DNA of 64,000 bases from Cryomorphaceae bacterium (GTDB taxonomy: Bacteria > Bacteroidota > Bacteroidia > Flavobacteriales > UBA7312), in the NCBI GenBank assembly GCA_042091225.1, contig JBELHW010000003.1:12860-76859 (forward strand), written 5' to 3'. Positions 18,159 to 27,815 of the stretch are shown here, in pieces. Both the position numbers and the translations under genes were made by a program. Position 1 is the stretch's first letter. Every line of letters starts with the position of its first letter. The notes beneath the pieces are model-generated. The model searched no databases. It was not told where the DNA came from and worked only from the letters and a program-made list of their open reading frames with translations.

Positions 18159-19147
18159 TATTTTTTTATGAGGATATATTCAACTTTATTTGGAATAATT
18201 CTAACGTTTTCGACAAAATTAGATTTTTTACCTAAACTAACATTTAGATTATTAAAATCAGTATTAATATCGCAGTAAGCAGTAAAATCTGAGCTTTTTA
18301 CTAAATCATAGTTATCTAATGAAACCAGAAATTCTAGATCTACATTATCAGGGATAAATTTTACTGTATATCCTGATGGAATATTTTTTGCTTTTAATTT
18401 TATATTCTTCCTTCCTTCTGTAAATTGCTCAACTCCAAACGACCAATTTATTAAATCATGAGAAAATGATAGATCTGGAAAATTTATGGATTCTAGCTTC
18501 ACTTCCCCTTTTTCATTAGAGTTAACGTTAGATAACTCTAAAACTTTTGTATTGATTTCGTTAATAACCTCAACAACAGCTTGAGGACCAGAAATAGTTA
18601 CCGATTTAGGATTTAGAATAACCTCATCTTTCTGGCGATACATCTGTTCATAAGAAATATCAGAAATAAATTTAACAGGAACTGTTCGTTCTGTTTTTTT
18701 ATCTAAAAACAAATCTATTCTATTTGGCTGAATGTGCAACAATTGCATGTTGGTAGGTAGCATTTCTTGAACTTCAGAAAGAGATTGCTTCCCTAGCCAA
18801 AAATAGTTCCATAATTTCCCTTTTTTTACAGGAATAAATCCAGAAACAGAAAGGTTAATTTTTGGCTTTAACTTAAGGCGATGAGCCAAGATAGTAAAGC
18901 CGGGTGCGTTTACTTGTAATTGCAACTCTACTTGTTTGTTTTCGATTTGCAACATTTTCTCAGGAAAATCAATGAAATTTACATCGTACTTTATAGATGC
19001 CGTATAATCTTTTGACAACACTGTTAAAGTCCAAAATATAGTAGAAAGGACTATTAGAATTGTAAAAACAGGCAAATACTTTTTCTCGATTTTTAAAAAA
19101 CCAAAGAATTTAATTAATAATAATTTTATACGATTTGCCATAGACAA
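18158..19147 (-). CDS. YbbR-like domain protein with N-terminal membrane anchor
   Basis: 329 aa. One N-terminal TM helix followed by repeated beta-rich modules of about 90 aa, as in YbbR/CdaR. 1-nt overlap with coaE. Confidence 0.55.
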   Translation of the reverse strand: MSMANRIKLLLIKFFGFLKIEKKYLPVFTILIVLSTIFWTLTVLSKDYTASIKYDVNFIDFPEKMLQIENKQVELQLQVNAPGFTILAHRLKLKPKINLSVSGFIPVKKGKLWNYFWLGKQSLSEVQEMLPTNMQLLHIQPNRIDLFLDKKTERTVPVKFISDISYEQMYRQKDEVILNPKSVTISGPQAVVEVINEINTKVLELSNVNSNEKGEVKLESINFPDLSFSHDLINWSFGVEQFTEGRKNIKLKAKNIPSGYTVKFIPDNVDLEFLVSLDNYDLVKSSDFTAYCDINTDFNNLNVSLGKKSNFVENVRIIPNKVEYILIKK

Positions 19148-19169
19148 AAAAAAACGGGCAAAAGCCCGT
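19146..19169 (-). terminator. Rho-independent terminator after yajC
   Basis: On the minus strand: ACGGGC-TTTT-GCCCGT hairpin followed by T9. It overlaps the annotated first ATG of the YbbR-like ORF. The second ATG at 19141 is an alternative start. Confidence 0.6.
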
Positions 19170-19182
19170 ATTAAAATTTATC

Positions 19183-19494
19183 TTATTTTGATTTTTCTTT
19201 GCTAGCTCCATTTGGAGTCAAAGCAGTTTTTTCAACCCAAATTTTTACTCCTTCAGAGATATCAATTTTAACTTTTGTTTCACTTATTTCTGAAACTTTT
19301 CCGTGAATTCCTCCAGAGGTAATGATCTTATCTCCTTTAGCAATTGCTTCTCTAAACTTTCTTTCCTCTTTTTGTTTCTTAATTTGTGGTCTAATCATGA
19401 AAAACCAAAAAACAGCGAAAACAATTACAAAGAAAATTAATTGTTGATTTCCGCCTTGGGCTTGGTTGATTGTAAAAAATATATTGTTCATCAT
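19183..19494 (-). CDS. yajC: Preprotein translocase subunit YajC
   Basis: 103 aa. Single TM helix followed by RPQIKKQKE...GDKIITSGGIHGKV. Confidence 0.85.
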   Translation of the reverse strand: MMNNIFFTINQAQGGNQQLIFFVIVFAVFWFFMIRPQIKKQKEERKFREAIAKGDKIITSGGIHGKVSEISETKVKIDISEGVKIWVEKTALTPNGASKEKSK

Positions 19495-19952
19495 AAGGAT
19501 TGTATTTCTGCTTTAATTTTAATTACTTTTCTATTCGGGTTTGTATTAGCAGTTAAAGTAACTGCTTTATTTTGAATACCTTTTCTACCGCTACTATTAA
19601 AAGAAACATCTATGTTACCTGTTTCTCCAGGAGCAATAGGATTTTTTGGCCAATTTGGCACAGTACAGCCACATGACCCTTTTGCATTACTAATAATTAA
19701 AGGAGCATCTCCTGTATTAGTAAAAACAAAAGAATAAGAAACTTTTTCTCCATCTACTAAAAGACCAAAGTCATGCTCTTCTTCAACAAATGTAAATTGA
19801 GGAGTTCCTGAAACTGATGTAGAATTTTCAACGCTAGTTTTAGGAGTTTGCACTAGATCAGTTGAAAGCTTCTCATTTTCTACTTTTTTTGCCACGTCTT
19901 GACAAGAAATAAATGCAAAAATTGCGAAAATTGGTATAATTATATTTTTCAT
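19491..19952 (-). CDS. DUF1573-like secreted protein
   Basis: 153 aa. Signal peptide with SC lipobox-like end. HDFG...F.FTNTGDAPLII...GSCGCTVP.WPK.PIAPGE.G pattern. Confidence 0.65.
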   Translation of the reverse strand: MKNIIIPIFAIFAFISCQDVAKKVENEKLSTDLVQTPKTSVENSTSVSGTPQFTFVEEEHDFGLLVDGEKVSYSFVFTNTGDAPLIISNAKGSCGCTVPNWPKNPIAPGETGNIDVSFNSSGRKGIQNKAVTLTANTNPNRKVIKIKAEIQSL

Positions 19953-19985
19953 AATGTTAAATAGTTAAGTAACAAATTTATAAAA

Positions 19986-20921
19986 TTATTCTATTAAACC
20001 TCTTCCTGTTTTCTTAATTGTGCCATCTTTAATCAATTCATTAACAAGATTGTCCAAAATACCATTCACGAACTTTTTACTTCTCTCCGTACTATAGTAT
20101 TTTGCTAGGTCAATATATTCGTTCATACTCACTTTTACAGGAACGGTTGGCATTTCAATAAGTTCAGTAAGTGCCATTTGCATGAGTATTAAATCCATTT
20201 GAGCAACTCTCTCTATTTCCCAGTTATTTACTTTGACAGAAATAAGCTCTGAAAATCTATCCGAATTAGTGATTGCTTTTCTAAAAAGATTAATAGCAAA
20301 TATTTCTTCTTCTTTATCTTTAAAAAGAGAAAGAAGACTTATGTTATCCTGATCAGAATCTTTTATGTTTTTGGTTATCATACTAGTGATAAAAGGTAAA
20401 TCATCTTCCCAATAAATATTTAAGTCACGGAGATAATCTTGAAAAAGCTCTGCTTCTACCATTTGTTTAGAAAATATTTTTAAAATGAATTTTTTATCAT
20501 CATTAAAATTTTGATCAGAAATTGACATGTAATAAATAAATTCATCAGACTTAGAAATTTCAAGAAAGATATTTTTAATCATGTCGCGATTATCTGAAAA
20601 AGATAATTTGAATTCAGAACCTAAAACCATTAATCGAGTATCCTCAACAAGTTTGGAAATAAACAGATTGTCTATAAACTTAGTATTTGGAGTTAAATCA
20701 TTTTGAGTAGGAAGTTTTTTATGCTTTGAATTTTCAATATGATCATTAGCATAATCTCTAAGTTCTACGATAAACAATAATAAAAGAATGTATAACTCAT
20801 TTATCTTATCGAGAGATTTAAGAAAATCTTTTTCGAACCTTACAATATCTTTGTCGCTTGACTGACTCCAAGCATATAAGGCTTGTAAAACTTTAATCCT
20901 TAAATGTCTCCTATTTAACAT
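19986..20921 (-). CDS. nusB: Transcription antitermination factor NusB (long Bacteroidota form)
   Basis: 311 aa. N-terminal RRHLRIKVLQALYAW. C-terminal NusB core (NEYIDLAKYYSTERSKKFVNGILD). Confidence 0.8.
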   Translation of the reverse strand: MLNRRHLRIKVLQALYAWSQSSDKDIVRFEKDFLKSLDKINELYILLLLFIVELRDYANDHIENSKHKKLPTQNDLTPNTKFIDNLFISKLVEDTRLMVLGSEFKLSFSDNRDMIKNIFLEISKSDEFIYYMSISDQNFNDDKKFILKIFSKQMVEAELFQDYLRDLNIYWEDDLPFITSMITKNIKDSDQDNISLLSLFKDKEEEIFAINLFRKAITNSDRFSELISVKVNNWEIERVAQMDLILMQMALTELIEMPTVPVKVSMNEYIDLAKYYSTERSKKFVNGILDNLVNELIKDGTIKKTGRGLIE

Positions 20922-20924
20922 TGG

Positions 20925-22013
20925 TTATTTCTTAGCACTATTAATTCTCTCTTGAGCAATAATTAAAGCCGCATTGTGAGTTGTAATTGATTCTTTTTCA
21001 GCTTTTTCAAAAATTTCTAGAGTTGTATCGTAGATTTTTTTAGTTTGATTTAATGCTAGTTCTCTATCATAACCATTAAGTTCTGAATAAACATTTATTA
21101 AGCCGCCAGCATTAATTAAAAAATCAGGAGCATATAGAATGCCTAAGTCCTTTAAAATTTCAGCATGCTTTACTTCATCATCTAGCTGATTGTTTGCAGC
21201 ACCTGCTATGATTTCACACTTCAATTTATAAATCGTATTGTCATTTAAGGTAGCACCTAGAGCACATGGTGAGTAAATATCCATTTCTGTTTCGTAAATG
21301 TTATCACTTCCAACAACCTTAGGATTAAAGAGTTCGCAAACTCTTTTAATATTATCTTTATTAATATCGTTTATGATTACATTTGCTCCCTCTTCTGTTA
21401 AATGTTTAACAACGTTTTCTCCTACGTGTCCTACCCCTTGAACAAGAACAGTGCTATTTTTTAAACTATCACTTCCCCATTTATACTTTGCAGCAGCCTT
21501 CATTCCCATATAAACACCAAAGGCTGTAACTGGAGATGGATCTCCTCCCCCTCCCATTTCAATAGGAATACCCGTAACAAAATTTGTTTCCATTTTTACA
21601 AAACGCATATCTTCAGTACTCATTCCTACATCCTCTGCAGTAATATATTTACCATTTAGACTATTAACAAAAACACCGAATCTTCTCATTAAGGCTTCAT
21701 TTTTTTGTGTTTTTGCATCCCCTAAAATCACTGCCTTTCCACCCCCTAATTTAAGGCCAGTAATGGCAGCTTTAAAAGTCATACCCCTCGAAAGTCTTAA
21801 TACATCTGTTACAGCATCCTTTTCTTGATTATAATCCCACATTCTAGTACCTCCTAAAGCAGGTCCTAATGTGGTATCATGAATTGCTATTATAGCTTTT
21901 AATCCAGTTTTATTGTCTTGACAAAAAACTACTTGTTCGTGAGATGAACTAGTCATAACATCTAATAATTCAACTTGATCAGTTTTAGAATCTTTACTTT
22001 TTGTCTCAATCAT
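20925..22013 (-). CDS. Leu/Phe/Val dehydrogenase family enzyme (leucine dehydrogenase-like)
   Basis: 362 aa. Catalytic-lysine block ITGLKLGGGKAVILGD. Rossmann motif VQGVGHVGENV. Confidence 0.8.
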   Translation of the reverse strand: MIETKSKDSKTDQVELLDVMTSSSHEQVVFCQDNKTGLKAIIAIHDTTLGPALGGTRMWDYNQEKDAVTDVLRLSRGMTFKAAITGLKLGGGKAVILGDAKTQKNEALMRRFGVFVNSLNGKYITAEDVGMSTEDMRFVKMETNFVTGIPIEMGGGGDPSPVTAFGVYMGMKAAAKYKWGSDSLKNSTVLVQGVGHVGENVVKHLTEEGANVIINDINKDNIKRVCELFNPKVVGSDNIYETEMDIYSPCALGATLNDNTIYKLKCEIIAGAANNQLDDEVKHAEILKDLGILYAPDFLINAGGLINVYSELNGYDRELALNQTKKIYDTTLEIFEKAEKESITTHNAALIIAQERINSAKK

Positions 22014-22145
22014 ATTTCAAATAAATTTTGTAATATTAAATAGAAAGTTGATTAACTTTGACCAAGAATAATCAATATCTTTTTTGTTTTTTAGCGCTTG
22101 CGAATTTAAATTAATTATTTGTGCCCCACAAACCCGATTTTTCAA

Positions 22146-23906
22146 ATGAATGATTTAAAACATCTAATAAAATATTACATCAAATATCGCTTTAGATTTT
22201 TTGTTGGGGTATTTTTTGTAGTTGTATCAAATATATTCGCCTTATACCCAGCTAAATACACCAGAATGGCCTTTGACAGGGCAAAAGAAGCTATTAGCAC
22301 TCAAAATCAACTCACAATTAATATTGATTACAATGAATTAACACAAACGTTAATTTATTTTGGAGTTATGATAATTTTGTTTGCTCTACTTAAAGGTGTT
22401 TTCATGTTTTTCATGAGACAAACAATTATTGTAATGTCAAGAATGATAGAATTCGATTTAAAAAATGAAATCTATAGCCATTATCAAAAACTTGATTTAT
22501 CTTTTTATAAAAGAAATAATACGGGCGATTTAATGTCTAGAATAAGTGAAGATGTTTCAAGAGTTAGAATGTTTTTAGGACCAGCAACCATGTATCCCAT
22601 TAATATCATTTCTCTTTTTTCATTAATAGTTTACACGATGCTAAGTATTAATGTAAAACTAACATTATTTGTTTTAGCTCCTCTTCCAATAATGTCAATT
22701 AGCATCTTTTACATAAGTAAAGTTATTCATCAAAAGAGCGAACGAGTTCAAACTCAACTATCAAAACTTTCAACTTTTTCTCAAGAGACTTTCTCGGGAA
22801 TAAGAATTATAAAATCGTTCACAAATGAGCAATCTAATTCAAAAGATTTTGAATCAGAAACAAAAAAATATTTGAATGAAAACGTATCTCTAGCAAAAAC
22901 TAATGCTTTATTTTTCCCTTTCATGTTGCTTCTTATAGGCATCAGTACTCTTCTTACAATATACATTGGAGGTAAAGAAGCAATAGCAGGTAATATTACG
23001 ACCGGAAATATTGCAGAATTTATTATTTATGTTAATATGCTTACCTGGCCAATGGCTTCAATCGGCTGGGTAACATCTATTATTCAGAGAGCTGATGCTT
23101 CTCAGAAAAGAATTAATGAGTTTTTAAAAACCGAAACTCAAATAAAAAATTATAATAATTCAAAATCTGAAATCAAGGGAAATATATCCTTTGAAAATAT
23201 TTCTTACACATATCAAGATACAGGAATTACAGCATTAAGTAATATTTCCTTTAATCTTGAGGAGGGAGAAACTTTAGCTATAGTTGGAAAAACAGGGTCA
23301 GGCAAAAGTACAATTGCTCAATTAATTAACAGGTTAATTAGTCCTACAAAAGGAAAAATTCTTGTTGACTCAAAAGAAATAGAAACCTTAAACCTTTATG
23401 ACTTGAGAAAAAATATTGGTTTTGTTCCTCAAGAATCTATCCTTTTTTCTGATTCTATCACTAATAATATTGCATTCGGCTTGAAGCAGGGTATAGATAA
23501 TAATCTAATTGAAAAAGCTGCCAAAAAAGCCAATATTCACGAAAACATCATAAACTTCCCTAAACAATACGAAACTAAAGTTGGAGAAAGAGGTGTAACC
23601 TTATCTGGAGGTCAAAAACAACGAATATCAATAGCAAGAGCGTTAATAAAAGATCCCCAAATACTAATCTTTGATGATTGTTTATCTGCAGTAGACACAA
23701 AAACAGAAGACTCTATCCTGTCGACTATAAAATCAGAAAGTAAAAACAAAGCTTGTATTATTATTAGTCATAGAATTTCAACTATTAAACATGCTGATAA
23801 TATTATAGTTCTTGATAAAGGGCAAATTTGTGAACAAGGAACACACCAAGAGTTATTAGATGTCAAAGGAACTTACTTTGAAATGACAAAACAACAAAGT
23901 GCATAA
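22146..23906 (+). CDS. ABC transporter, fused permease/ATPase (exporter type, MsbA-like)
   Basis: Six-TM domain followed by an NBD with Walker A GKTGSGKST, signature LSGGQKQR and Walker B ILIFDD. The ATG at 22146 is preferred over the TTG at 22119. Confidence 0.9.
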   Translation: MNDLKHLIKYYIKYRFRFFVGVFFVVVSNIFALYPAKYTRMAFDRAKEAISTQNQLTINIDYNELTQTLIYFGVMIILFALLKGVFMFFMRQTIIVMSRMIEFDLKNEIYSHYQKLDLSFYKRNNTGDLMSRISEDVSRVRMFLGPATMYPINIISLFSLIVYTMLSINVKLTLFVLAPLPIMSISIFYISKVIHQKSERVQTQLSKLSTFSQETFSGIRIIKSFTNEQSNSKDFESETKKYLNENVSLAKTNALFFPFMLLLIGISTLLTIYIGGKEAIAGNITTGNIAEFIIYVNMLTWPMASIGWVTSIIQRADASQKRINEFLKTETQIKNYNNSKSEIKGNISFENISYTYQDTGITALSNISFNLEEGETLAIVGKTGSGKSTIAQLINRLISPTKGKILVDSKEIETLNLYDLRKNIGFVPQESILFSDSITNNIAFGLKQGIDNNLIEKAAKKANIHENIINFPKQYETKVGERGVTLSGGQKQRISIARALIKDPQILIFDDCLSAVDTKTEDSILSTIKSESKNKACIIISHRISTIKHADNIIVLDKGQICEQGTHQELLDVKGTYFEMTKQQSA

Positions 23907-23968
23907 CATTTCTTTCAAGATTAGAATTTATTAATTATTTTTGGATAAATAACAAAAGCTAACTAAAT

Positions 23969-24322
23969 ATGAAAGACCCAAGAGACCAAGAAGAAATTTA
24001 CTCAAATCCAGTTCGAGCTGGTAAAAGAACTTACTTTTTTGATGTAAGAGCCACTAAATCAGACGATTATTATCTCACAATTACCGAAAGTAAAAGAACG
24101 TTTGACGACAATGGTGTGCCTCACTACAAAAAGCACAAAATTTTTCTTTATAAGGAAGACTTTTTAAAATTTAAAGACGCCCTTGGAGACGTTATCGACT
24201 TTATTATTAAAGAAAAAGGGCAAGAGGTGATTTCCAATAAAGAAATTAATAACCCAAAAAGTGAAATCGAATCAACTTCAGACACAAACGACTTTACAGA
24301 TATAAGTTTCGAGGATATTTAA
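23969..24322 (+). CDS. PUR-alpha-like nucleic-acid-binding protein (DUF3276-like)
   Basis: 117 aa. VRAGKRTYFFDVRATKSDDYYLTITESKR resembles a single PUR repeat. Acidic C-terminus. Confidence 0.55.
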   Translation: MKDPRDQEEIYSNPVRAGKRTYFFDVRATKSDDYYLTITESKRTFDDNGVPHYKKHKIFLYKEDFLKFKDALGDVIDFIIKEKGQEVISNKEINNPKSEIESTSDTNDFTDISFEDI

Positions 24323-24323
24323 T

Positions 24324-24761
24324 TTACTTCATTAAGAAATAAATCATTAAAAGAGTAAGGATAAAGTAATTTACTAAAGATCCTGCACCTGCATAATCCT
24401 TTGCAATCCTTTGACCTGTAAATAAACAAATTAAAGATATTGCCGATAAAACTGCACCAATCATTGCATAGTGTATTGTTTGACTTAACAGTATTGTGAA
24501 TACACCAATTAAAGAAAAAAGTCCAGCACTTAATTCAAGAATTGTTACTGTAAACAACAATAGGTTTACAATATTTTTAAAAATACTTTTCGAAAAATGA
24601 CCAGTTAACCATTCAAGATTTCCTTTCCAGTCAAAGACTTTATCTAAGCCAGATTGTAAAAACAAAACTGCTAAAATTGAAGAGCCTAAAATTTGTATAA
24701 CATTGATAGATGTTAAGTTGATAAACAAATTGAATTCGATCGATTTAATTAGTAAAAACAT
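24324..24761 (-). CDS. DoxX-like small membrane protein
   Basis: 145 aa with four hydrophobic helices. FLQSGLDKVFDW block. Confidence 0.5.
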   Translation of the reverse strand: MFLLIKSIEFNLFINLTSINVIQILGSSILAVLFLQSGLDKVFDWKGNLEWLTGHFSKSIFKNIVNLLLFTVTILELSAGLFSLIGVFTILLSQTIHYAMIGAVLSAISLICLFTGQRIAKDYAGAGSLVNYFILTLLMIYFLMK

Positions 24762-24966
24762 ATAATTATTATTTTTCTATTAACAATTTTGAGAAAATGT
24801 TAAAAAAAACAACATAATTTATTCTAGTAAAAAGACAATTTCTAGTATTTTTGATTGTGCTGTTTTATTTAAAATATCATTTGAAACAAACATACTAAAA
24901 AGCTTTTGATATGAAAAACGCTTATAATTTCGATAAATTAACGAATCTAAAATCCCATTAATTGCT

Positions 24967-25746
24967 ATGAGTAAAACAATCGTTATAGCTAATCAAAAAG
25001 GTGGTGTAGGAAAAACTACAACAGCAATTAACTTATCTGCTTGCCTAGGAGTTCTCGAGAAGAAAGTTTTGTTAATTGATGCTGACCCACAAGCAAATTC
25101 AACATCAGGAGTAGGTTTTGATCCTAGAAAAATAAAAGAAGGAATTTATGAATGTTTTATTAATGATATAGATGTTAATCAAGCAATAGTCAAAACACAA
25201 AGTCCCAATTTAGATTTACTACCAGCAAATATAGACCTAGTCGGGGCAGAACTCGAATTAATAAACAAACCCAACAGAGAACATATATTACTCGCTATTG
25301 TAGATAGCATCAAAGAAAATTATGATTATATAATTATTGATTGCGCTCCTTCTTTAGGAATTGTAACAACAAATGCTTTAACCGCAGCAAACTCAATTAT
25401 TATTCCTATTCAATGTGAATATTTTGCTCTAGAGGGCTTAGGAAAATTATTAAATACAATTAAAATTGTACAGTCAAGGTTAAATAAAAATCTTGAAATT
25501 GAAGGACTATTACTCACAATGTATGATACAAGATTAAGGCTATCTAATCAGGTTGTCGAAGAAGTTAAGACCCACTTTCAAGAAATGGTCTTTAAAACAA
25601 TTATTCAAAGAAACGTAAGATTAAGCGAAGCTCCTAGCTTTGGAGAAACTATTATTATGCATGATGCAAATAGCAAAGGGGCAATTAATTATATTAACCT
25701 TGCTCAAGAGATTTTAACAAAAAACAATTTGATCGAAAAAAAGTAA
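24967..25746 (+). CDS. parA: Chromosome partitioning ATPase ParA/Soj
   Basis: 259 aa. Deviant Walker A NQKGGVGKTT, then LIDADPQANST. Confidence 0.92.
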   Translation: MSKTIVIANQKGGVGKTTTAINLSACLGVLEKKVLLIDADPQANSTSGVGFDPRKIKEGIYECFINDIDVNQAIVKTQSPNLDLLPANIDLVGAELELINKPNREHILLAIVDSIKENYDYIIIDCAPSLGIVTTNALTAANSIIIPIQCEYFALEGLGKLLNTIKIVQSRLNKNLEIEGLLLTMYDTRLRLSNQVVEEVKTHFQEMVFKTIIQRNVRLSEAPSFGETIIMHDANSKGAINYINLAQEILTKNNLIEKK

Positions 25747-25747
25747 A

Positions 25748-26650
25748 ATGGCAGAAAAAAAACGAGCATTAGGAAAAGGGCTATCTGCACTATTAAAAAA
25801 TCCGGAAACAGATATAACTTCAAATGAATCAAACAAAGATTTTATTAAAGTTGCAGGATCTATTTCAGAAATTACGATGGACCAAATAGAGGTAAATCCA
25901 TTTCAGCCTCGAATAGATTTTGATACCGAAGCTATACAAGAACTAGCCGCATCTATTTCTCAACTCGGCATTATACAGCCTATTACAGTCCGAAAATTAG
26001 GATACGACAAATACCAGCTTATCTCAGGAGAAAGAAGGTTTAGAGCTAGTCAAATAGCAAAGCTAAATACAATACCAGCTTTTGTTAGAATAGCAAACGA
26101 TCAAGAAATGCTAGAAATGGCATTAGTAGAAAACATTCAAAGAGAACAGTTAAACCCTGTTGAAGTTGCTTTGAGTTACCAAAGATTATTAGAAGAATGT
26201 AAACTCACTCAAGATAAAATGAGTGTGAGAGTAGGTAAAAAAAGATCTACAATTACTAATTACCTTAGGCTTTTAAAACTACCAGCCGAAATTCTAGCCT
26301 CCTTAAAAAACAAAGAGTTAAGTATGGGACATGCCAGAGCATTAATAAACGTATCAGATGAAGAAACACAACTAAATATTTTTAGAGACGCATTAGAAAA
26401 CGGATTTTCAGTACGAGAAATCGAACAAATAGTTAAAGATTTTGCAAACGTTGGATATAAAAAAACAGCCTCTAAAACAAGAAACAAGTCTATACCTTCG
26501 TTTGAACATCAGAAAATAAGTAATGATTTAAAAAAAATCACAGGTAAGAACATCCAGTTAAAAGTCGCTAAATCAGGCAAAGGAAAATTAGAAATCTCTT
26601 TTAAAAACAATGATGAACTTTCAGAAATAATCAAATACTTTGGAATTTAA
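25748..26650 (+). CDS. parB: Chromosome partitioning protein ParB/Spo0J
   Basis: 300 aa. ParB box QPRIDFD...GIIQPITVR...ISGERRFRA. HTH region. Confidence 0.92.
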   Translation: MAEKKRALGKGLSALLKNPETDITSNESNKDFIKVAGSISEITMDQIEVNPFQPRIDFDTEAIQELAASISQLGIIQPITVRKLGYDKYQLISGERRFRASQIAKLNTIPAFVRIANDQEMLEMALVENIQREQLNPVEVALSYQRLLEECKLTQDKMSVRVGKKRSTITNYLRLLKLPAEILASLKNKELSMGHARALINVSDEETQLNIFRDALENGFSVREIEQIVKDFANVGYKKTASKTRNKSIPSFEHQKISNDLKKITGKNIQLKVAKSGKGKLEISFKNNDELSEIIKYFGI

Positions 26651-27157
26651 TTGAAAACAATTTTCACATATTTATTTCTTTTTTTAGCCTCTTCACTAGC
26701 TGCTCAAAATGTAGTTAAAAAAACAAAATCAGCACATAAAGCTTCTGTTTTATCTGCTGTTATTCCTGGTGCCGGTCAAGTCTACAATAAAAAATATTGG
26801 AAAGTACCAATTGTATATGCAACAATGGGTACAGCATTATATTTCGCAAATGAAAATATGCAAAGCTTCAAAAAATATAAAAATGCTTTAGAAAACAGAA
26901 ACAACGGACAAGAAGATTTATATCATAATGTTTCCGATTCTGAGATGTTAACAGTTATTGATTTTTATCAAAGAAATAGAGACATTTCTTATATTCTTAC
27001 AGCTGTTGCATATATACTAAATATCGTTGATGCAAGTGTTGATGCACATCTATTCGATTTTAATATAAACGAAAACCTAAGTGTAAGTACTCAAACAACA
27101 ATTAATACAAACTTTAACAACATTCAACCAGTTCTTTCTTTTCAAATAAAACTCTAA
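26651..27157 (+). CDS. DUF5683-like protein
   Basis: 168 aa with a TTG start directly after the parB stop. Signal peptide and the SAVIPGAGQVYNKKYWKVPIVY block. Confidence 0.45.
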   Translation: MKTIFTYLFLFLASSLAAQNVVKKTKSAHKASVLSAVIPGAGQVYNKKYWKVPIVYATMGTALYFANENMQSFKKYKNALENRNNGQEDLYHNVSDSEMLTVIDFYQRNRDISYILTAVAYILNIVDASVDAHLFDFNINENLSVSTQTTINTNFNNIQPVLSFQIKL

Positions 27158-27158
27158 A

Positions 27159-27815
27159 ATGAATATAGCTATTATAGGATACGGTAAAATGGGTAAAGCA
27201 GTAGAAAAAATTGCTAAACAAAGGGGACATACAATTAAATTAAAAATAAATATCGAGAGTAAAAATATTGACTATGCAGGTATTGATGTTGCAATTGATT
27301 TTAGCTCTCCCGAGTCAGCTCCAGAATTAATTCAAGAATCACTAAAAAATAAAGTTCCTACTGTTTCAGGAACCACAGGATGGTTAGAAAAAATGCCTCA
27401 AATCGAAAATTTGTGCCAATTAAATGATACAGCCTTTTTATACTCTTCTAATTTTAGTATTGGAATGAATTTATTTTTCGAATTGAACAAGCAGTTAAAT
27501 CGTTTAATTTGTAGTCACAAACAATACCAAGCTAGTATGACGGAAATACACCACATACACAAACTAGACGCACCTAGCGGAACAGCTTTAAGTTTAAAAG
27601 AAGATATAGATAGTAGTTTTGAAATTGAAAGTGTTAGAGAGGGAGAAGTTCCCGGAACACACATTATTAATTATAATTCTGAAATTGACTCTATTGAAAT
27701 AAAGCATGAAGCTCACAATAGAAATGGTTTTGCTTTCGGAGCTGTTTTGGCTGCCGAATGGATAAATAACAAAAAAGGAATTTTTTCAATGAATGACGTA
27801 TTAAATTTAAAATAA
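27159..27815 (+). CDS. dapB: 4-hydroxy-tetrahydrodipicolinate reductase
   Basis: 218 aa. NIAIIGYGKMGK, GTTGW, and EIHHIHKLDAPSGTA catalytic block. Confidence 0.85.
   Translation: MNIAIIGYGKMGKAVEKIAKQRGHTIKLKINIESKNIDYAGIDVAIDFSSPESAPELIQESLKNKVPTVSGTTGWLEKMPQIENLCQLNDTAFLYSSNFSIGMNLFFELNKQLNRLICSHKQYQASMTEIHHIHKLDAPSGTALSLKEDIDSSFEIESVREGEVPGTHIINYNSEIDSIEIKHEAHNRNGFAFGAVLAAEWINNKKGIFSMNDVLNLK

Noticed and set aside
24762-24966. 205-nt AT-rich gap upstream of parA, considered as a possible replication origin or sRNA locus
   Set aside because: I found no TTATCCACA-type DnaA boxes, no repeated 13-mer-like elements and no stable hairpin/terminator. It is most simply the divergent promoter region for the doxX-like gene and parAB. 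dnaA and dnaN are not in the window.
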